This document shows, one piece after another, positions 9,028 through 18,347 of a stretch of 64,000 bases of DNA (positions within the stretch are counted from its first letter, which is position 1; every line of letters begins with the position of its first letter). Below the pieces are notes generated by a model that made no database searches, had not been told where the DNA came from, and saw only the letters and a program-made list of their open reading frames with translations. The stretch spans positions 2,208,001-2,272,000 of the forward strand of contig CAUVXB020000002.1 of the NCBI GenBank assembly GCA_963555825.3, given 5' to 3'. The stretch comes from Alphaproteobacteria bacterium. GTDB taxonomy: Bacteria > Pseudomonadota > Alphaproteobacteria > JAAXGF01. Made by a program: the position numbers and the translations under genes.

Positions 9028-10392
9028 CTAAAGCCCCAGTTGGTCGGCGGTGGCGTCGAGCGCGTCGCGCGCCACGCCGACCAGCGCATCGATCTCGGCG
9101 CGGCTGATGATCAGCGGCGGCGACAGCACCATGATGTCGCGGATCGCGCGCATGATCAGCCCCTTCTCCAGCGCGATGTCGCGGCAGATTCCGCCGACGC
9201 GGCGCTTCTCGTCGAACGAGCGGCGCGCGCCCTTGTCGGCGACCAGCTCGATGCCGGCAACCATGCCGCCGCCGCGCACCTCGCCGACCAGCGGGTGATC
9301 GGCCAGCTCGCGCAGCCGCGCCTGCAGATAGGGTCCGGTATCTGAACCGACGCGCGCGACGATGCCCTCGTCGCGCAGGATGCGGATGTTCTCGGCGGCC
9401 ACCGCGCAGGCCACCGGGTGGCCCGAATAGGTGAAGCCGTGCGAGAACTCGCCGCCCTTCTCGATCAATGTCTCGGCGACCCGGTCATGGACCATGACGC
9501 CCGAGATCGGCAGGTAGCCCGACGACAGGCCCTTGGCCATGGTCATGAAATCGGGCTCGATGCCGAAGCTGTCCGAGCCGAACCATTCGCCGGTGCGGCC
9601 GAAGCCGCAGATCACCTCGTCGGCGATCAGCAGCACGTCGTGTTCGCGGCAGATGCGCTGGATCTCGGGCCAATAGGTCCGGGGCGGCACGATGACGCCG
9701 CCCGCGCCCATGATCGGCTCGCCGATGAAGGCGCCGATGGTGTCGGCGCCCCGATCCAGGATCAGGCGCTCCAGCGAGCGCGCCGCGTGGACGCCGAATT
9801 CGTCCGGGCTCGCCTCGCCGCCCTCTTGGTACCAGTACGGCGCATCGATGTGGGCGAAGCCGTCGAGCGGCAGGTCGAACGGGTTCTGCATCGCCGACAT
9901 TCCCGACAGGCTCGCCGCCGCCATGGTGACGCCGTGGTAGGCGTGCTGGCGGCTGACGATGGTCTTCTTCTTCGGCTTGCCGCACAGGTTCCAATAGAAG
10001 CGCACCATCTTGGCGATGGTGTCGTTCGCCTCCGAGCCCGAGTTGGCGAAGAAGACGTGGTTGAAGCCGTCGGGGGTGACCTCGCCGAGCAACGCGCCGA
10101 GCTCGATCGCCGGCGGCGTCGAGGTGTTGAAGAAGGTGTTGTAGTAGGGCAGTTCGTCGAGCTGCGCCGCGGCGACGTCGCGCAGTTCCGTCCGGCCATA
10201 GCCGATGTTGACGCACCACAGCCCGGCCATGCCGTCGATCAGGCGGTTGTCCTCGGAATCCCAGAGATAGATGCCGTCGGCGCGGGTGATGACCCGAACG
10301 CCCGCGGCGTTGAGTTCCTTGGTGTCTGTGAACGGATGCAGATGGTGGCGGCGGTCGAGTTCCTGCCAGACGGCGGTGGAGTTCTTGGGCAT
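9028..10392 (-). CDS. spuC: Class III aminotransferase, putrescine-pyruvate aminotransferase (SpuC-like)
   Basis: DGMAGLWCVNIGYG, IADEVICGFGRTG, MAKGLSSGYLP, HGFTYSGHP; near PuuA/PuuD homologues. Confidence 0.8.
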   Translation of the reverse strand: MPKNSTAVWQELDRRHHLHPFTDTKELNAAGVRVITRADGIYLWDSEDNRLIDGMAGLWCVNIGYGRTELRDVAAAQLDELPYYNTFFNTSTPPAIELGALLGEVTPDGFNHVFFANSGSEANDTIAKMVRFYWNLCGKPKKKTIVSRQHAYHGVTMAAASLSGMSAMQNPFDLPLDGFAHIDAPYWYQEGGEASPDEFGVHAARSLERLILDRGADTIGAFIGEPIMGAGGVIVPPRTYWPEIQRICREHDVLLIADEVICGFGRTGEWFGSDSFGIEPDFMTMAKGLSSGYLPISGVMVHDRVAETLIEKGGEFSHGFTYSGHPVACAVAAENIRILRDEGIVARVGSDTGPYLQARLRELADHPLVGEVRGGGMVAGIELVADKGARRSFDEKRRVGGICRDIALEKGLIMRAIRDIMVLSPPLIISRAEIDALVGVARDALDATADQLGL

Positions 10393-10470
10393 GATGGTTC
10401 CTCGATTTCAAGACGACGCTTCACGAGTGGTTGGCGCGGGCCCCGTTGGGTCGCGCTGGAAGCGGTCGTG

Positions 10471-11191
10471 TCTAAGGCGTGAAATCGACGCGCGCGCAGA
10501 GGATCAGGACATCGTGGCGGCGCGACAGCGCCGTGCAGCGAAGGTGCGTCACGCGGGACATGCCGCTGTTTAGCACGGCGCCGGCCGCGTTGTCATGCCG
10601 CGCGCCACGCGGCGGTCGAGTCTCGGATTGAGACGGCGCGCCGCCGCTGCTCGCGGGCTTCAAGGTCCTGCCCCGGCGTTGGGTGGTGGAGCGCACCTTT
10701 GCCTGGCTGAGATGGGCCTTCCCCTGGCTGCGCCACGTCTTCGCCGATGGCGCCTACGCCGGACCGAAACTCGGCAAGGCGCTGGAAAAGATCGGCCAGT
10801 GGACGCTGGAGATCGTCAAGCGAAGCGACGACGTGACGGGCTTCAAGGTCCTGCCCCGGCGTTGGGTGGTGGAGCGCACCTTTGCCTGGCTCGGTCGACC
10901 GCCGTCTCGCCAAAGACTTCGAGGCCACCATCGCCAGCGCCGAGGCCTGGCTCATGATCGCAAGCATCCAACTCCTCACACGAAGGATCGCAAGGCTTTG
11001 AAATCAAACAATTCATTCCCGGCCGGGCTCTAAGGCGTGAAATCGACGCGCGCGCAGAGGATCAGGACATCGTGGCGGCGCGACAGCGCCGTGCAGCGAA
11101 GGTGCGTCGCGCGGGACATGCCGCTGTTTAGCACGGCGCCGGCCGCGTTGTCATGCCGCGCGCCACGCGGCGGTCGAGTCTCGGATTGAGA
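10471..11191. repeat. 163-bp direct repeat (10471-10633 and 11029-11191, one mismatch) flanking the IS5 fragment
   Basis: Both copies run TCTAAGGCGTGAAATC...GTCTCGGATTGAGA. Confidence 0.9.
10655..11030 (+). pseudogene. IS5-family (IS1031-like) transposase C-terminal remnant
   Basis: FKVLPRRWVVERTFAWL (duplicated, 10655-10708 and 10838-10891), frameshifted RRLAKDFE tail, end ...GGGCTC followed by TAA. Confidence 0.8.
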
Positions 11192-11287
11192 TGAGATGTG
11201 GTTCGATAGCTCGACGCCGACTCATATGTCGGTTCTCCGACCCAAAGCGGCCATCACTCTGGTGCGGCCGTTATGTCCGAGATTAGC

Positions 11288-12515
11288 TGCCGCCTCAACC
11301 GGTCGATGCAACACAAGCGTTGAATCTCTCTGCCGGTGTTTCAAACCCCAAGGTTTTGCGTGGCCGTTCGTTGAGCTGACGCGCCACTTTGTTCAGATGA
11401 GCCTGCGAGTATACCGACACGTCGGTGCCTTTGGGGAAGTACTGTCTGAGCAGGCCATTAGTGTTCTCATTGGAACCCCGTTGCCACGGGCTTTGCGGAT
11501 CACAGAAGTAGACATCGATGTCGGTCGCCAAGCTGAACCGGCGATGGTCCGCGAGTTCCTTGCCCCGGTCCCAGGTCAGGGACTTGTAGAGCTCGGTCGG
11601 CAGCTTCCTCGCCTGCCTGATGAGCGCGGATACCACTGTCAGGGTTTCCTTGTTGGCAACCTTTACCAACATCACGTAACGCGTTTGACGTTCGACCAGG
11701 GTCGCGATGTAGCTGTTCTTCGATCCCGACAACAGATCACCTTCCCAGTGACCCGGCACCGCCCGATCTTCGACCGAGGCCGGGCGCTCACGGATCGACA
11801 CCATGTCCGTGATTTGACCCCGGCCAACGCCTTTCCGGCGCGCCTCTTTCGAGCGTCGGATCGTGCGCTTCGATCGAAGATGCTGAAGCAGCTCCTTCTT
11901 AAGCACACCGCGGGCTTGAACAAACAAACTGCGATAGATCGTCTCGTGAGACACCTGATAAGACCCAGCTCCTGGATGCGCTCGCTTGAGCCATCCGGCG
12001 ATCTGCTCCGGTGACCAGTTCAACCCGAGCTTCATCGCCACCACCCGCCGCATCCCCGAACTCAGTGCCAGCTTACATCGCTTCGGGCGTCGCGCTCGAG
12101 CCCAGGCCATGTCATCGGCAAGCGCGGCACGATACTGATCATAACCGCCATTGCGGCGAACTTCCCGGCTCACCGTCGAGGGCGACCGGCTCAGCAACAA
12201 CGCCATCGATCGGATCGAGTGCCGGGCCACGATCCCCCGTGAGATCTCCTCGCGTTCCCATAGGCTCAACGCCAGCCGCGAGCGCCGTCGTGGCGAAGGC
12301 CGGATCCCGCCGTGCGGCGATAGTTGGAAATAAATCGACGACGACGGCTTACCAAACACCCGACCAATCGCCTTCAACGACTCCCCGCGTTGCCAGCGGT
12401 CCCAAAGCTCCGTCTTCTCTGCCGAACTGAACCCTCGACCATTTCTTCGCGTCATCTGCATACACTCCATCTCTTCGTTCAAGATAAAGTGTTGCGTCGA
12501 CCCATTGAGACCGCC
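11288..12515 (-). mobile_element. IS30-family insertion sequence
   Basis: Imperfect TIRs CTCAACCGGTCGATGCAACAC / GTGTTGCGTCGACCCATTGAG around the transposase. Confidence 0.9.
11295..12455 (-). CDS. IS30-family transposase
   Basis: WSPEQI, SHETIY, GHWEGD, LTWDRGKE, QRGSNENTNGLLRQYFPKG; start approximate. Confidence 0.92.
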   Translation of the reverse strand: MTRRNGRGFSSAEKTELWDRWQRGESLKAIGRVFGKPSSSIYFQLSPHGGIRPSPRRRSRLALSLWEREEISRGIVARHSIRSMALLLSRSPSTVSREVRRNGGYDQYRAALADDMAWARARRPKRCKLALSSGMRRVVAMKLGLNWSPEQIAGWLKRAHPGAGSYQVSHETIYRSLFVQARGVLKKELLQHLRSKRTIRRSKEARRKGVGRGQITDMVSIRERPASVEDRAVPGHWEGDLLSGSKNSYIATLVERQTRYVMLVKVANKETLTVVSALIRQARKLPTELYKSLTWDRGKELADHRRFSLATDIDVYFCDPQSPWQRGSNENTNGLLRQYFPKGTDVSVYSQAHLNKVARQLNERPRKTLGFETPAERFNACVASTG

Positions 12516-12600
12516 CCCATTTTCGGACATTCCTGTCGTCTGGCATTTGTTTTTCAAACGAGTAATATTTCCTACGAATGAGAAAAATTGGAGAGTGGTT

Positions 12601-13503
12601 ATGACAGTCGAATTTGTTCGTACTCCAGATGAACGATTTTTCGATCTACCTGGGTTTAATTATCAGCCGAATTATTTGGAAGACTTACCTGGGTACGATG
12701 GCTTACGGACGCATTATATCGACGAAGGACCAAAAGATGCGAGGCACGTATTTCTCTGCCTACATGGCGAACCCGCTTGGGCCTATCTTTTTCGCAAAAT
12801 GATCCCTGTGTTTCTAAACGCTGGCCATAGGGTGATTGCACCAGACTTTTTTGGTTTCGGAAGATCGGATAAGCCGGTCGATGATGATGTTTATACTTTC
12901 CATTTTCATCGCAACTATCTAATCGCTTTGATCGAACGGCTTGAAATTTCGAATATTACTCTCGTCTGCCAGGATTGGGGTGGGTTGTTGGGATTAACCT
13001 TGCCCATGGACATGCCGGATCGGTTCAAACGCATGATCATCATGAACACGGCTCTTGCAGTTGGTGAGAGCCCAAGCGACGGCTTTATGCAATGGAGAGC
13101 TTTTGCCGCTGCTAATCCGGATATGGATGTGGCCACTTTAATGCAACGCGGCAGCTCGATTCTAAGCGACGCGGAGGCAGCCGCCTATGGGGCTCCGTTC
13201 CCTGATATTAAGTACAAGGCCGGGGTTCGTCGATTTCCGGACATGGTGATGATCTCGCCAGAGATGGAAGGAGTAGACACCTCGAAACGGGCGGTCGAAT
13301 TCTTGCGCAACGATTGGTCTGGGCAATGCTTCATGGCCTGCGGGGCTAGAGATCCGGTTCTCGGACCGCCCGTCATGCAGGTTATGAAGGAGATTGTTCG
13401 CGATTCCTCGGAAATCATGATGATCGAGGACGCAGGACATTTTGTTCAGGAGTGGGGAGAATCTGTTGCGGAGGCCGCGCTTAGGTACTTTGGCGATGTT
13501 TAG
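12601..13503 (+). CDS. Haloalkane dehalogenase (DhlA/DhmA-like)
   Basis: VRTPDERF, CLHGEPAW, APDFFGFGRSDKP, CQDWGG nucleophile, AGHFVQE; markedly lower GC than the backbone. Confidence 0.88.
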   Translation: MTVEFVRTPDERFFDLPGFNYQPNYLEDLPGYDGLRTHYIDEGPKDARHVFLCLHGEPAWAYLFRKMIPVFLNAGHRVIAPDFFGFGRSDKPVDDDVYTFHFHRNYLIALIERLEISNITLVCQDWGGLLGLTLPMDMPDRFKRMIIMNTALAVGESPSDGFMQWRAFAAANPDMDVATLMQRGSSILSDAEAAAYGAPFPDIKYKAGVRRFPDMVMISPEMEGVDTSKRAVEFLRNDWSGQCFMACGARDPVLGPPVMQVMKEIVRDSSEIMMIEDAGHFVQEWGESVAEAALRYFGDV

Positions 13504-13661
13504 AACCGCGCCAATGTCCGTTGTGGGTCAGATGCGGCTGTACCGATGACCGGGCGTCAAGGTCCGCCGTCTGGGGAAATGCAGACATGATCCGCTGAAA
13601 AACCGACGTTCCGCGCGTTGCTTCGGCAGACCGTAAAACCGGGACACGGCCCTCGCGCCCC

Positions 13662-14999
13662 TCAAACGTTCAAGAGCAGGTGTTCGCGCTCCCAGGACGA
13701 GACGACGCGGCGGTAGGCGTCGTGTTCGGCCCGCTTGACCGCGAGCAACACCGCGGCGAAATCCTGGCCGAGCGTCTCGCGCAGCGGCTTCGAGGCGCGG
13801 AACTTGTCGAGCGCCTCGGGCAGGTCGCGCGGCAGTGACGCGGCGCGCTGGTAGCCCGAGCCCTCGATCGGCTTGGTTGGCGTTAGCTTGCCGGTCATGC
13901 CGAGATAGCCGCAGGCGAGCGACGCGGCGATCGCCAGATAGGGGTTGGTGTCGGCGCTGGCGACGCGGTTTTCGATGCGCCGCCCCTCGGGCCCCGAGGT
14001 CGGCACGCGCAAGCCGACGGTGCGGTTCTCGCGCGCCCAATGGACGTTGATCGGCGCGTCCGAGAAGCGGCGTAGCCGGCGGTAGGAGTTGACGTTGGGC
14101 GCAAAGAGCGGCATCGCGGCCGGCAGGAACTTCTGCAGACCGGCGATATGGGCGAGGAACAGCGCCGTGTCGTCGCCGTTCTTCTTGGCGAACAGGTTGC
14201 GCCCGGTTTTGGCGTCGACGACGCTTTGGTGCTGGTGCATCGACGAGCCCGGCTCGTCGTCCATCGGCTTGGCCATGAAAGTGGCGTACAGCTTGTGGCG
14301 CAGCGCCGCCTGGCGCACCGTGCGCTTGAACAGCATGGTGTCGTCGGCAGCGCGCAGCGCATCGCCATGCGCGAAGTTGATCTCCATCTGCGCTAGGCCG
14401 CCCTCGTGGATCAGCGTGTCGATGCCGATCTCGGAGGCCTCGCAATAGTCGTAGATGTCCTCGAACAGCGGATCGAACTCGTTGACCGCGTCGATGCCGT
14501 AGGCCTGGCGGCCGGTCTCGGGCCGCCCCGAGGCGCCGATCGGCGGCTCCAGCGGATAGTCCGGATCGGTGTTGACGGCGACCAGGTAGAATTCCATCTC
14601 GGGCGCCACGACGGGCCGCCAGCCGCGCTCGGCATAGAGCGCGAGGACGCGCCGCAGCACCTGGCGCGGCGCCATGCCGACCGGGCGGCCGTCGGCGTAG
14701 GCGCAGTCATTGATGACCTGCGCCGTCGGCTCGTCGTACCACGGCACCATGCGCAGGCTGGTCGGGTCGGGCGTCAGGTAAATGTCGGGCGCCGTCGGGT
14801 CGGTCGGATCGTCGTCGTCGGGCAGCCACGCGCCGTTGACGGTCTGGCTGAAGACGTTCTCGGGCAGGCGCAGCGAGCGGTCGCGCTGGCTCTTGATGAA
14901 GCGCTCGGTGGGCAGGATCTTGCCGCGCGGGATGCCGGTCAGGTCGGCGACCAGGCATTCGACCTCGGTGACGCCGCGCTCTTTAAGCCACGCGTCCAC
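13662..14999 (-). CDS. Glutamine synthetase-like gamma-glutamylputrescine synthetase (PuuA/SpuB-like)
   Basis: APEMEFYL, HEGGLAQMEIN, ATFMAKP, NRTVGLRVP, RIENR. Confidence 0.88.
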   Translation of the reverse strand: MDAWLKERGVTEVECLVADLTGIPRGKILPTERFIKSQRDRSLRLPENVFSQTVNGAWLPDDDDPTDPTAPDIYLTPDPTSLRMVPWYDEPTAQVINDCAYADGRPVGMAPRQVLRRVLALYAERGWRPVVAPEMEFYLVAVNTDPDYPLEPPIGASGRPETGRQAYGIDAVNEFDPLFEDIYDYCEASEIGIDTLIHEGGLAQMEINFAHGDALRAADDTMLFKRTVRQAALRHKLYATFMAKPMDDEPGSSMHQHQSVVDAKTGRNLFAKKNGDDTALFLAHIAGLQKFLPAAMPLFAPNVNSYRRLRRFSDAPINVHWARENRTVGLRVPTSGPEGRRIENRVASADTNPYLAIAASLACGYLGMTGKLTPTKPIEGSGYQRAASLPRDLPEALDKFRASKPLRETLGQDFAAVLLAVKRAEHDAYRRVVSSWEREHLLLNV

Positions 15000-15801
15000 G
15001 GGCCACCTCGGCGTGGCGCGCGGCGGCGCGGGCGCGGGCGGCGTCGCCGAAGGCGCCGAACAGGGCGCGCGACAGGGCGTCGTCCATGACGCGCCATTCC
15101 GGGTGCCACTGGACGCCGAGCGCGAAGCCCGGCGCGCCGTCGACCCGGACCGCCTCGATCAGGCCGTCGGGCGCGGTCGCCTCGACCGCCAGTCGATCGC
15201 CCGGACGGTCGATCGCCTGGTTGTGCAGCGAGTTGACCATGGCCTCGGTGGCGCCGGCGAGCCGCGCGATGACACCGCCCGGCGCGAGGCGAACCATATG
15301 CACCGGCGCATACTGCTGCGCGCGCGGTAGGGTCGTGTCCTCGCAATGGTTCATCAGGCCGGGCACCTCGTGAACGCGCTGATGCAGCGTTCCGCCGAAG
15401 GCGACGTTGAGCTCCTGAATGCCGCGGCAGACCGCGAACAGCGGCAGGCCGGCGTCGACCGCGGCGCGGATCAGTGGCAGCGTGGTGACGTCGCGCCGAG
15501 GGTCGTGCAGGGTGCCGGGCACGCTGGCCTCGCCGTCGTAGCGGTGCGGCTCGACGTTCGACGGGCTGCCCGGCAGGAACAGGCCGTCAAGCCGCGCGAT
15601 CAGGTCGTCGAGGTCGACGTGTCCGGTCAGATCGGCGAGGTCGCCACCGCCGCCCAGCGTGGGCAGCACAATGGGCAGCGCGCCCGAAGCATGGGCGACC
15701 GCGTTGATGTATTTCTCGCCGACCGCGTGAAACGGGTGGATGCCGATCTCACGCACGTCGCTGGCGATGCCGATCAGGGGCAGGGATGGCGGGCTCGTCA
15801 T
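14983..15801 (-). CDS. puuD: Gamma-glutamyl-gamma-aminobutyrate hydrolase (peptidase C26, PuuD/SpuA-like)
   Basis: LDGLFLPGSPSNVEP, AVCRGIQE, VNSLHNQ, GVQWHPE. Confidence 0.85.
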   Translation of the reverse strand: MTSPPSLPLIGIASDVREIGIHPFHAVGEKYINAVAHASGALPIVLPTLGGGGDLADLTGHVDLDDLIARLDGLFLPGSPSNVEPHRYDGEASVPGTLHDPRRDVTTLPLIRAAVDAGLPLFAVCRGIQELNVAFGGTLHQRVHEVPGLMNHCEDTTLPRAQQYAPVHMVRLAPGGVIARLAGATEAMVNSLHNQAIDRPGDRLAVEATAPDGLIEAVRVDGAPGFALGVQWHPEWRVMDDALSRALFGAFGDAARARAAARHAEVARGRVA

Positions 15802-15929
15802 GGCCCCTGGCTACCACGGCGCCCGAACCAGAGCAACATTGCATCGCTTACGGGAATGGCGGAAACTCACGGCACGCGCGGCGGTTCGGCCGCGCGCGAC
15901 AAACGAGAACGGCATTGACGGTTTCACCC

Positions 15930-16769
15930 ATGACCGACGCGCTGCTGGCCAACGAACCGACGATCCGACTGAGCGTCTTCCTTGGCATCTTCGCCGTCAT
16001 GGCGCTATGGGAGGTCGCAGCACCCCGGCGGGCGCGCGGCTTCACGCGCCTGCGGCGCTGGCCAAACAACATCGGCATCGTCGTCGTCAACACGGTTGTA
16101 CTGCGTCTTGTCTTCCCGGTCGCGGCGGTCGGCATGGCGGTCTTCGCCGAGGCCGGTGGCTGGGGGTTGTTGAACAGCCATGCGCCGCCCGCCTGGCTCG
16201 CCGTCGTGATCGCCGTCGTCCTCTTGGATCTGGCGATCTATCTGCAACATGTCATGGTCCACGCGGTGCCGGCGTTCTGGCGGCTGCACCGGATGCATCA
16301 CGCCGATCTCGACTTCGACGTCACCACGGGGGCGCGCTTCCACCCGATCGAGATCCTGCTGTCGATGATGATCAAGCTGTTGGTCGTCGCCGCGCTCGGC
16401 GCGCCGCCGGTCGCCGTGCTGATCTTCGAGGTCATGCTCAACGCCTCGTCGATGTTCAACCACGGCAACGTGCGCATGCCCGAAGGCGTCGACCGCGTGC
16501 TCCGCTGGTTCGTCGTCACGCCCGACATGCACCGCGTCCATCATTCAGTGGTGCGCCGCGAGACCAACTCGAACTTCGGCTTCAGCCTGCCCTGGTGGGA
16601 CCGCCTGTTCGGCACCTACCGGGCCCAGCCGGCGGCCGGCCACGAGGCCATGACGATCGGCATCGAACAGTTCCGCGAGCCCGGCGACATGAGGCTCGAC
16701 CGGATGCTCATCCAGCCCTTCAAGGGCGACGCCGGCGCCTACCCGATCAACCGCGCGGACGGTGAGTGA
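15930..16769 (+). CDS. Sterol desaturase / fatty acid hydroxylase family protein
   Basis: His boxes QHVMVH, HRMHH, NHGN, HRVHH; TM segments. Confidence 0.9.
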   Translation: MTDALLANEPTIRLSVFLGIFAVMALWEVAAPRRARGFTRLRRWPNNIGIVVVNTVVLRLVFPVAAVGMAVFAEAGGWGLLNSHAPPAWLAVVIAVVLLDLAIYLQHVMVHAVPAFWRLHRMHHADLDFDVTTGARFHPIEILLSMMIKLLVVAALGAPPVAVLIFEVMLNASSMFNHGNVRMPEGVDRVLRWFVVTPDMHRVHHSVVRRETNSNFGFSLPWWDRLFGTYRAQPAAGHEAMTIGIEQFREPGDMRLDRMLIQPFKGDAGAYPINRADGE

Positions 16770-16938
16770 CGGAGCCTGATCGTCCCGGGGTGCAGGCTCA
16801 CGAAAGTCCGGTTTCGGCCGCCGCAGCCAATGCCCGTTTCCGGCATCCTCGCCTTGCGTATGCGGTCGTTGGCGGCGGCGCGACGCGTGACCTTGAACGT
16901 CAAATGAACCCGGACGGCAAATTTGCTACGGTGCAGGC

Positions 16939-17298
16939 ATGACCATCGAGTGCATCAGCGCCATTACACTGGCGACCCATGACATGTCGCGCGCGGTACG
17001 GTTCTACCGGACACTCGGATTCGAGATGATCCACGGCGGTGAGGACGCGTCGTTCACCAGCTTCCGGGCCGGCACGGGCTACCTCAACCTCATTGCCCAG
17101 CCGGCGGGCCGCCAATGGTCATGGTGGGGACGGGTGATCTTTTACGTCTCCGACGTCGACGCGCTGTACCGGCACGCCGTGGCCTGCGCGCTCGACCCGG
17201 ACACCACGCCCGCCGACGCCGAATGGGGCGAGCGTTACTTCCACCTGACCGATCCAGACGGCCATGAGATTAGCTTCGCCAGGCCCTTGAGCACCTGA
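16939..17298 (+). CDS. VOC/glyoxalase family protein, copy 1
   Basis: AVRFYRTLGF, WGERYFHLTDPDGHEISF. Confidence 0.9.
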   Translation: MTIECISAITLATHDMSRAVRFYRTLGFEMIHGGEDASFTSFRAGTGYLNLIAQPAGRQWSWWGRVIFYVSDVDALYRHAVACALDPDTTPADAEWGERYFHLTDPDGHEISFARPLST

Positions 17299-17352
17299 AT
17301 CAAAATACCGGGAACGGTCCAAGCCTGGGGTCCGGTCTCAATCGAGCCACCA

Positions 17353-17802
17353 TTACGGCGATTCCGCATACGTCATCGTCAGGGTGCCGATGAAGGGGCC
17401 CGAAAAACCACTGGTGAAGGTCTCACCCACATCGTGAAATTGACCGTCCCGTATCGGGCCTTCGAACCGAATATCGCGATCGTCCCAAATAATACATCGA
17501 ACGAGCATCGTGATTTTCGCGTAATCGCCGATGATTTTGCCGCTGATACGAGCTCGAAACGAGGGTCCCATCTGCACCCATTGGCTTTTGATTTTCCCGT
17601 CGATCACCTCGGTCGCAAATGTTTCCTCTCTGATTCTGACGAGCGCCTCGCCTTGCCCGGTACCGGTGAATCGGAACACGGTTTGGTAGATACCGTTTTC
17701 GAAGTCGGCGGCCTCCGCCTGGCAGCCGTAGACCGCCATAAGCCCAAGCACGGCCAACGCCAAAATCCGCGGTTTCGACGATGAAGTCCGGTTCGTCATC
17801 AT
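17353..17802 (-). CDS. Hypothetical exported protein
   Basis: Hydrophobic signal peptide ILALAVLGLMAVYGCQAEA; lower GC; start approximate. Confidence 0.55.
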   Translation of the reverse strand: MMTNRTSSSKPRILALAVLGLMAVYGCQAEAADFENGIYQTVFRFTGTGQGEALVRIREETFATEVIDGKIKSQWVQMGPSFRARISGKIIGDYAKITMLVRCIIWDDRDIRFEGPIRDGQFHDVGETFTSGFSGPFIGTLTMTYAESP

Positions 17803-17877
17803 GTTGCGCGCCCATCCCTCGCTCGGCGGCACTCGACCAGCGCTGCCTCGTTTTTTTACTTATCCCATTCGTATTGG

Positions 17878-17893
17878 CCGAGATTCCCCAGAT
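17878..17893 (-). mobile_element. Orphan IS1380-type right end
   Basis: Minus-strand ATCTGGGGAATCTCGG matches the IS1380 end at 63836-63851 at 15/16. Confidence 0.5.
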
Positions 17894-17999
17894 AGCACCT
17901 CAGCGTAGCCGTAGACGGTAACACATCCGCCGGCGGCCTCACCACCGGTGGCGTGGTATCCAAATCCTCAACGATTTGCGTCGCCGTGCCCTGGTTGTC

Positions 18000-18150
18000 G
18001 GCCACGACGCCATGACGATCGGCATCGAGCAGTTCCGAGCGCCCGGCGACATGAGGCTCGACCGCATGCTCATCCAGCCCTTCAAGGGCGACGCCGGCAC
18101 TTACCCGATCGACCGCGCCGACGGTGAGAGACGGCGCCTAATCGCCGCGG
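18000..18150 (+). repeat. Diverged duplicate of the sterol desaturase 3' end (cf. 16638-16790)
   Basis: GHDAMTIGIEQFRAPGDMRLDRMLIQPFKGDAGTYPIDRADGE versus the intact C-terminus. Confidence 0.9.
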
Positions 18151-18347
18151 GACGCGGGCCCGCGAGAATTCTGTTTCGATCGGTGCCACCAATGACCAAT
18201 ACCCGCCGGAAAGCGGCCGCGTGCGCCGAATGCCCGGGAATGGCCCATAGCGGATTTCTACGAACCCGCAGCTAGGAACCGTGTTGTCGTTGGCGTGCGA
18301 GCAATGTAACCCTAGACTCCGGATTTTAGCCGGGAGGGCGTCGTCAC

